Assembly (NCBI GenBank): GCA_051886215.1
Contig: JBJEXX010000064.1
Coordinates: 1 to 44,450, forward strand
From: Bacilli bacterium
GTDB lineage: Bacteria > Bacillota_I > Bacilli_A > RF39 > UBA660
DNA: 44,450 nucleotides
Reading direction: 5' to 3'
Part shown: positions 38,137 through 44,450 of the stretch, piece by piece
Numbering within the stretch: position 1 is the stretch's first letter
How the letters are laid out: each line of letters opens with the position of its first letter
The notes under the pieces: model-generated
Told to the model about the DNA's origin: nothing
What the model saw: the letters and a program-made list of their open reading frames with translations, nothing else
The model's database searches: none
Translations under genes and position numbers: made by a program

Positions 38137-38468
38137 CTTTAATCAGGACACTTGCTACAAAACCAGATATTTTACTTTTGGATGAACCTTTTTCAGCTCT
38201 TGATTATACATCAAGATTAGCTATTTCTGATGATATATATAAAATTTTAAAAAAAGAGAAAAAAAGTATAATAATGGTTACTCATGATATTGCTGAAGCA
38301 ATATCCATGTGTGACAAAGTAATTGTTTTATCAGAAAGACCTGCTAAAATAAAGAAGATTTATGATATAAAATTAAGTGACAAATCCAATCCTATTAATA
38401 ATAGAAAAGCTAAAGAATTTTCTTATTACTATGATAAAATATGGAAGGATATAGACTTTCATGTATAG
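38137..38468 (+). pseudogene. 3' fragment of the split ABC transporter ATP-binding protein gene
   Basis: ALIRTLATKPDILLLDEPFSALD (Walker B) and VTHD (H-loop). The frame is continuous with 34426-34840. Confidence 0.88.
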
Positions 38469-39249
38469 TAATGAACATAAAATTTTCTTGAAAAAAGAAA
38501 AAAGAAAAAAAAGATTAATTCTTTTCTTTCAACTCCTAATAATTTTACTATTCATTATTCTTTGGCAAAAATTAACAGATATGGGTATAGTTAATAGTTT
38601 TATATTTTCATCACCTAAAAAGGTTATTATGACTATAGGAGATTTATATATTAATAACAATTTATTAAAACATATCTGGATTACAGTATATGAAACTATT
38701 ATAAGTTTTGGACTTGGTACAATATTGGGAATTGTAATTGCTAGTATTCTTTGGTGGAACGATTATATATCAAAAATAATGGATCCATATTTAACAGTAT
38801 TAAATGGCCTACCTAAAGTAGCACTTGGTCCTATAATAATAATCTGGTTTGGAGCAGGAATAAAATCAATAATAGTTATGGCTCTTCTAATTTCATTAAT
38901 TATTACAATTATAAATGTTTATCAAGGTTTTATAAAAATAGATACTAATAATATTAATTTAATGAAATCATTAGGAGCTAATAAAAAACAAATATTTTTT
39001 AAACTAATATTACCTGGCAATTTAAATACAATTATAAGCGCTTTAAAAGTAAATATTAGTATGTCTTTAATTGGCGTAATAATGGGTGAATTTTTAGTAT
39101 CAAAAGAAGGAATAGGATACATAATTATGTATGGTTCTCAAATATTTAATTTAAATTTGGTTATTACTGGAACTATTATATTGTGTGTTGTAGCAACTAT
39201 AATGTATTGTTTAATCACTTTTATAGAAAAGAGATTAGTAAAAAACTAA
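38461..39249 (+). CDS. ABC transporter permease (SsuC/TauC-like)
   Basis: 262 aa with about 6 TM segments. It overlaps the ATPase stop by 8 nt. An EAA-like loop region reads NLMKSLGANKKQIFFKLILP. Confidence 0.85.
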   Translation: MYSNEHKIFLKKEKRKKRLILFFQLLIILLFIILWQKLTDMGIVNSFIFSSPKKVIMTIGDLYINNNLLKHIWITVYETIISFGLGTILGIVIASILWWNDYISKIMDPYLTVLNGLPKVALGPIIIIWFGAGIKSIIVMALLISLIITIINVYQGFIKIDTNNINLMKSLGANKKQIFFKLILPGNLNTIISALKVNISMSLIGVIMGEFLVSKEGIGYIIMYGSQIFNLNLVITGTIILCVVATIMYCLITFIEKRLVKN

Positions 39250-39268
39250 TCTCTTTATTTTTTATATA

Positions 39269-41305
39269 TTAATTGTTATATATAATTAATTGATGTTGAC
39301 ATCTAGTACAAGCTACATAGTATAAATATTTTTCATTTTCTGTATATTTATTATCTTTTGTTGTATAAACTATAACATTATCAAACTCTAGTCCCTTGGA
39401 AACATATGAAGGTACAATTATTGAATCTCTCTTAAAATTTTTACTTTCAGAATTTAATATTGATATGTCAATATCATTTTTTATTAAATTATATATTTTT
39501 TCTGCTTCATTATCTGTTTTAGTAATTATAGCTAAAGAAGAACCCGTATTTTTTAATTGGTTTATATCATTAAGTAATTGTTCTTTTATATTACTTTCTT
39601 CTTTTTCAATGACCGGATGATTTGTACTATTTCTTATCGCACTTACGTGATTAAGTCCCAAAATCTTATTAGTATGATTTACTATTTCTTCGCTAGAACG
39701 ATATGTTTTATTTAATTCTAAATATCTGGAACTTGGAAATAATTTTGTTAAAATTTCTAGTGTTTCATATTTGTAATAAGGATTTATAGTTTGATTAATA
39801 TCACCTAAAATAGTGAATGAACTTCTAGCAAATATCTTTTTAATTATTTTGTATTGTAAATAAGAATAGTCTTGAGCTTCATCTATTATTACTTGTTTTA
39901 TTAATCCTTTATATTCAAATCCTTCTAATAATCCTTTTATATAAACAAATAAACAAGCATCTTCATATTTTATTTTCTTTTTGTTATTTAATGTTTTTAT
40001 ATCATTTTCTGTAATTGGTCCTTTATAATTATCTAAAAAATACTTACTATGGAAAAAATCTTTATAAATATCTATAAAATTTATTTTAGTATTTAATAAT
40101 GATTTTAATTCAGATTTGATTTTACTTTTTTTATTCTGTTTTCCCTCAAAACTATAATCACAGATTTTAGTAGCAATGGCATCTATTCTATCCATCAAGA
40201 GAAGTTTGCTATAGCGAGATTTAAACATTTCATTAAGTTCATCCTTTGTATAAAAATATTCATGTTGTATTAAATCATCAGTAAATTCTATATTTTCTAT
40301 GTAATCTTTTATATAGTTTTCTATGTGCTTAATTATTTCATCACTTTGTTTGTATTTAACTAAATCTTTATTTGGTTCTGTATATTTATAATATCTTTCT
40401 ACAAAAGATGTAAAAGTTTCGACTTCTTTATATTCTGTAATAAAAGAAGAAAGAAAATCGCTAAAAGTAGTTTGCATAGTGTTATTTTCACCAAGTTCTG
40501 GTAAAACATTGGAAATATATTCTGTGAATACTTGATTTGGAGAAAATATTAAAACATTATTGGAAGTTAAGTTTTCTATTTTATAAAGAAGAAAAGCTAT
40601 TCTATGAAGTGCAACTGAAGTTTTTCCACTTCCAGCAATACCTTGAACTATTAAGTTTTTATCTTCTATATTTCTTATAATCGCATTTTGTTCTTGTTGT
40701 ATTGTATTTACAATATTTTTCATTTTATCATTAGAAGATGTCGCTAGAACTTCTTGTAATAATTCATCATCTATATTGATATCATTATCAAAAACATGAA
40801 TCAGTTCTGCATTCTCAATGGTGAATTGTCTTTTTTGAGTTATATAGCCATCGACTCTTCCAGCTGGAGACATATAATATGCTGGTCCTTTTTCAAAATC
40901 ATAAAACATACTAGATATTGGTGCTCGCCAATCATATACTAAATGATTATTAGTTTCATCTTCATCTACATGAGTTATACCTAAATATAGTTTTTCTTCT
41001 TTATTATTTTCCTTGAAAGTTATTGCACCAAAATATGGCTTATTTTGAATTTTAAATAATTTTTTTAGATATGCTCCCCTTTGGGTCATCAAAAATACTT
41101 GTAAATCACTTTCTGCCATCATTTCTTTCATTTCTGTTGGATCCATGTCATGTTTTGTATCCCAGATTAGTTTTTTAAATTCTTCTATTTTATCTTCCTT
41201 ATCATATAGTTGCTGTCCAAGTTCTGAAATATCCTTGCGTATTTTTTTTACTGTCTTATCTAAATATGCTTTTTCAAGTTCAATAGCATGTTGACTAAGT
41301 TTCAC
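39269..41305 (-). CDS. helD: HelD-type UvrD-like helicase (helicase IV / RNA polymerase recycling ATPase)
   Basis: 678 aa. N-terminal PYFGAITF...LYLGITHV...LVYDWRAPISSMFY is typical of HelD. Walker A GIAGSGKTSVALHR. IIDEAQDYS. C-terminal SKGLEFDNVIV. Confidence 0.85.
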   Translation of the reverse strand: MKLSQHAIELEKAYLDKTVKKIRKDISELGQQLYDKEDKIEEFKKLIWDTKHDMDPTEMKEMMAESDLQVFLMTQRGAYLKKLFKIQNKPYFGAITFKENNKEEKLYLGITHVDEDETNNHLVYDWRAPISSMFYDFEKGPAYYMSPAGRVDGYITQKRQFTIENAELIHVFDNDINIDDELLQEVLATSSNDKMKNIVNTIQQEQNAIIRNIEDKNLIVQGIAGSGKTSVALHRIAFLLYKIENLTSNNVLIFSPNQVFTEYISNVLPELGENNTMQTTFSDFLSSFITEYKEVETFTSFVERYYKYTEPNKDLVKYKQSDEIIKHIENYIKDYIENIEFTDDLIQHEYFYTKDELNEMFKSRYSKLLLMDRIDAIATKICDYSFEGKQNKKSKIKSELKSLLNTKINFIDIYKDFFHSKYFLDNYKGPITENDIKTLNNKKKIKYEDACLFVYIKGLLEGFEYKGLIKQVIIDEAQDYSYLQYKIIKKIFARSSFTILGDINQTINPYYKYETLEILTKLFPSSRYLELNKTYRSSEEIVNHTNKILGLNHVSAIRNSTNHPVIEKEESNIKEQLLNDINQLKNTGSSLAIITKTDNEAEKIYNLIKNDIDISILNSESKNFKRDSIIVPSYVSKGLEFDNVIVYTTKDNKYTENEKYLYYVACTRCQHQLIIYNN

Positions 41306-41344
41306 TTTATCATCTCCAATCTATAAAATATTATACAACACTGC

Positions 41345-41377
41345 AAAAAACGACCATTCCAAAATGGAAGGGGTCGT
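41345..41377 (-). terminator. rho-independent terminator after the tsaEB-rimI-tsaD operon
   Basis: ACGACC..TTCC-AAAAT-GGAA..GGTCGT hairpin (41350-41377), followed on the minus strand by T6. Confidence 0.65.
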
Positions 41378-41483
41378 CTTGTTTGTTATGCAAGAAAAAA
41401 TTGTCGTATGGACAAAATATAACATAAAAAAATATGTTTGTCTATACATATTTTTATTTTTTATTATTTTTAAGTAAACATAT

Positions 41484-42485
41484 TTAAAGATTTAAATTTG
41501 ATTTAGGATTTAAATTTAAATCTGCAAATACATTGTTTTTATATAAGAAATATCCCACTGCTGCAATCATAGTAGCATTATCGGTGCAGTATTTCATATC
41601 TGGACACGAAAAATCTATATTATTGTCTATACATAATTTAGTTAATGCTTCTCTTAGGGATTTATTCGCAGAAACTCCTCCAGCCATTATTAATCTATTT
41701 ACTTTATAATCTTTAAGAGCTTTTAATGTTTTTTTTGTTAAAGTTTCTACAACAACGTCTTGAAAAGAACAAGCTAAATTTTCCTTATTTATAGAATGAC
41801 CTCTTTGTATTTCATTATGATATAAATTTATTACAGCGCTTTTTAAACCACTAAAACTAAAATTATAACTATCATCATTCAATGGAATTGGTAAATTATA
41901 TGTATGTTTACCTATATGTGCCAGTTTATCTACTTTTGGACCACCAGGATATCCAATGTCAATAACACGTGCTACTTTATCATAACATTCACCTACTGCA
42001 TCATCTAATGTTGCACCTATCTTTTTGAATTTTAAATGATCTTCCATGTATATTAACTCTGTATGTCCACCACTCACTACAAGTCCAATCAAAGGAAATT
42101 CCATTTTTTTTGTTAAATTATTAGCATATATGTGTCCGGCCATATGATTAACAGGTATCAATGGTTTATCATATACATACGCTAGAGTCTTCGCAGCCTC
42201 TACTCCAACTAATAATGATCCAATCAAACCTGGTCCTTCAGTGACCGCAATAGCGTCTATATCTTCCATACTCATATTAGCTTTTCTCAAACATTCTTCA
42301 ATAACAATAGTTATATTTTTAACATGTTCTCTTGAAGCTATTTCTGGAACCACACCTCCATAATTAGTATGGATATCTATTTGAGATAATATAATTGTTG
42401 CAATATCTTCACAACCATTCTTAACAATAGAACAACTAGTTTCATCACAACTACTTTCTATTCCTAATATAAAAGTATCTTTCAT
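41484..42485 (-). CDS. tsaD: tRNA N6-adenosine threonylcarbamoyltransferase
   Basis: 333 aa. ILGIESSCDETS, NHMAGHI, SGGHTEL and AGGVSAN are hallmark Kae1/TsaD motifs. Confidence 0.95.
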   Translation of the reverse strand: MKDTFILGIESSCDETSCSIVKNGCEDIATIILSQIDIHTNYGGVVPEIASREHVKNITIVIEECLRKANMSMEDIDAIAVTEGPGLIGSLLVGVEAAKTLAYVYDKPLIPVNHMAGHIYANNLTKKMEFPLIGLVVSGGHTELIYMEDHLKFKKIGATLDDAVGECYDKVARVIDIGYPGGPKVDKLAHIGKHTYNLPIPLNDDSYNFSFSGLKSAVINLYHNEIQRGHSINKENLACSFQDVVVETLTKKTLKALKDYKVNRLIMAGGVSANKSLREALTKLCIDNNIDFSCPDMKYCTDNATMIAAVGYFLYKNNVFADLNLNPKSNLNL

Positions 42486-42920
42486 CTACATCATCTTTCT
42501 TTCCATCAATATTCCATCTGTTCCGTTATAATATTTTTTTCTAATAGCTACCTCTTTAAATCTATATTTTTTATATAAATTAATAGCGATACTATTATTA
42601 CTATTTACCTCTAAAGTTATATTTTTAATATTATGATTATTAGAATAAATAATCAACTTGTCCATCAGTAATTTACTATATCCTTTTCCTTGATATTCTT
42701 TTTTTATATTTATATTAACAATCTCTATTTTATCATAAATTTCAAAAATATTAAGAAAACCAATTATTTTATTCTTTTGAAATAAAATAAAATATTTATT
42801 AAATGGGTTATTAGCAAATTCTATTTCTATATTCCTATTTTTAAACACTTCAGGAAATAACTTGATAAGTTCTTGAAAAGTGTTATCAACATATTTTGTG
42901 AATATTTTAATTTCCTCCAT
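42486..42920 (-). CDS. rimI: ribosomal-protein-alanine N-acetyltransferase (GNAT)
   Basis: 144 aa. GNAT motif A IKKEYQGKGYSKLLM. It sits at the conserved position between tsaB and tsaD. Confidence 0.8.
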   Translation of the reverse strand: MEEIKIFTKYVDNTFQELIKLFPEVFKNRNIEIEFANNPFNKYFILFQKNKIIGFLNIFEIYDKIEIVNINIKKEYQGKGYSKLLMDKLIIYSNNHNIKNITLEVNSNNSIAINLYKKYRFKEVAIRKKYYNGTDGILMERKMM

Positions 42921-43542
42921 TTTTATTTTCCTCAGCTTCTGTTAATTTCAAATATAGAGGATTTATATTATGTGAATTTTCACATTCTTTATTTTGAAAT
43001 TTGTTTACTATTCGTAATAAATCAGGATCATATGCAGTAATATTTCTATCATTAATATCTGTTTCATTAGAAATGATCTCATATTCTCCATCTAAATGGG
43101 AAATACATTCTAGTATATATTCATTAGTTGCATACTTGTTTTCTACTATTACATTATTATTTTTATCATAAATTGAAAAATAAGAACTATTTCTTCTAGC
43201 GTCAATTACCGGTATTTTATAAATATCTTTATTATTTGATACAGCCATTGCGTCTAGACTACTTATTGTAGTGATTGGAATATTCATGCTCCAAGCTATA
43301 ACTTTGGCAATAGTTACTCCTATCCTAATTCCAGTAAATGAACCAGGCCCATTTACAATTATGATTTTATTTATATGTTTAGGTTTTATATTAACATCAT
43401 TCATCATTTCTGTAATATACTTCAAAGCCTCAACAGACATGTTTTTTCCTAAATTTTGTTTTACTTCAGTTAATACTTTGTTTTCCTTTATAATTCCAGC
43501 ATATAAAAAACTAGATGTAGTATCTAGATATAAAATCGTCAT
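42907..43542 (-). CDS. tsaB: tRNA threonylcarbamoyladenosine biosynthesis protein TsaB
   Basis: 211 aa. ILYLDTTS, and VNGPGSFTGIRIGVTIAK is typical of TsaB/YeaZ. Confidence 0.9.
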   Translation of the reverse strand: MTILYLDTTSSFLYAGIIKENKVLTEVKQNLGKNMSVEALKYITEMMNDVNIKPKHINKIIIVNGPGSFTGIRIGVTIAKVIAWSMNIPITTISSLDAMAVSNNKDIYKIPVIDARRNSSYFSIYDKNNNVIVENKYATNEYILECISHLDGEYEIISNETDINDRNITAYDPDLLRIVNKFQNKECENSHNINPLYLKLTEAEENKNGGN

Positions 43543-43991
43543 AATACAGCCTCACAAAGTTCCTCGTATTTTGAACCTTTAGGTATTATTGTAATAATTC
43601 TAGTATTTTCATCTATAATCTTAAACTTAATTCTTAAATAATTTTTTGGTAGATAATCTCTTATAGTATCTGCCCACTCAATTATAACAACTCCGCCTTT
43701 TTTATAGTATTCTTCAATACCTAGATTTTCTACATTACCATCTAAACGATATACATCCATATGATATAAAGGTAATTCTCCTGAATCATATTCTTTTATA
43801 ATATTAAATGTCGGAGATGTTACAGGTTCTGTAATTGCCATTGCTTGTGCAAAACCTTTAGTAAACAATGTCTTTCCACTACCTAAATCCCCCTCTAAGC
43901 AAATAACCATATTTTTAAATTTTTCTGATTCAAAGTTTTGTGCTAATTCAATAGTATCTTGCTCTGAATATGTTGTAATTTTATAATCCAT
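43539..43991 (-). CDS. tsaE: tRNA threonylcarbamoyladenosine biosynthesis ATPase TsaE
   Basis: P-loop GDLGSGKT, SPTFNI and HMDVYR motifs. ATG 43991 follows GGTGATAGAA. The ORF-track TTG at 44003 is less likely. Confidence 0.9.
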   Translation of the reverse strand: MDYKITTYSEQDTIELAQNFESEKFKNMVICLEGDLGSGKTLFTKGFAQAMAITEPVTSPTFNIIKEYDSGELPLYHMDVYRLDGNVENLGIEEYYKKGGVVIIEWADTIRDYLPKNYLRIKFKIIDENTRIITIIPKGSKYEELCEAVL

Positions 43992-44015
43992 TTCTATCAC
44001 CAAATTAATTATAGC

Positions 44016-44043
44016 AAAAAAAAAATAAGTTATACAACTTATT
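44016..44043 (-). terminator. rho-independent terminator downstream of 5S rRNA, overlapping a candidate tsaE promoter
   Basis: AATAAGTT (44024-44031) / AACTTATT (44036-44043) hairpin followed on the minus strand by T10. TGCTATAAT (extended -10) follows directly, and TTGTAT within the hairpin lies 18 nt upstream. Confidence 0.6.
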
Positions 44044-44089
44044 TAAATCTTTTTTATAAATTTTACATAATTTTATAAATAAAAAAAAT

Positions 44090-44196
44090 TCTTGGCAACG
44101 TCCTATCTTCGCTTACACTATTTTCAGCGTTAATGAGCTTAACTTCTGTGTTCGGTATGGGAACAGGTGTACCCTCATCACTATAGTCACCAAGAA
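44090..44196 (-). rRNA. rrf: 5S ribosomal RNA (short, about 106-108 nt)
   Basis: The reverse complement reads UCUUGGUGACUAUAGUGAUGAGGGUACACCUGUUCCCAUACCGAACACAGAAGUUAAGCUC...GAUAGGACGUUGCCAAG. It has the conserved CCCAUACCGAACACAGAAGUUAAGC block and helix I pairing. Ends are accurate to about 2 nt. Confidence 0.9.
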
Positions 44197-44258
44197 AATA
44201 TATGAGAAATAATTCTCTGAAAACTTAGATAATATCGATTCATCAAATTATAAATAAT

Positions 44259-44450
<192 letters not shown>

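Noticed and set aside
44050-44090. A dif-like XerCD site (ATTATGTAAAAT on the minus strand resembles the TTATGTAAACT arm of B. subtilis dif).
   Set aside because: Only one arm shows similarity. The other 11-bp arm and the central region do not match, and such AT-only strings are expected by chance in this genome.

Overview
Visibly very AT-rich (judged by eye, not computed) chromosomal segment from a low-GC Gram-positive bacterium (Bacillota). It uses the standard genetic code and carries cell-wall genes, so it is not a wall-less mollicute. Most of the window is housekeeping: a PBP5-type and a VanY-type carboxypeptidase, YihY, ligA, ftsY-ylxM, RNase J, pcrA, helD, tsaE-tsaB-rimI-tsaD, and the 3' end of an rRNA operon (23S 3' end plus an unusually short 5S). 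Accessory content is as follows. (1) Two unrelated large-serine-recombinase integrative elements (about 6.8 kb and 3.3 kb) have inserted into two adjacent genes of one NMT1/SsuABC-like ABC transporter operon. Both split genes can be rejoined in frame to the nucleotide, and both att site pairs can be read off the sequence. (2) The 6.8-kb element carries a tight four-gene operon of unusual enzymes: an aminotransferase-GNAT fusion, a deoxyribonucleotidase-nucleoside hydrolase fusion, a small HAD protein and a histidine phosphatase. This is the best candidate here for an undescribed system. (3) There are two sortase-substrate modules: a class B sortase with an NPNTS-anchored protein, and a second sortase overlapping a TQXA thioester-type adhesin with a VPDTA signal. 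(4) A Fic protein has a translationally coupled 37-codon upstream ORF. (5) A HerA/DUF87-like ATPase sits where ffh normally follows ylxM. (6) A membrane sensor carries a degenerate GGDEF motif (DGNEF). (7) A transglutaminase-like protein is paired with a large acidic-repeat protein. (8) A MITE-like structured intergenic element and a C9 homopolymer tract are also present. No CRISPR array or tRNA gene was seen.
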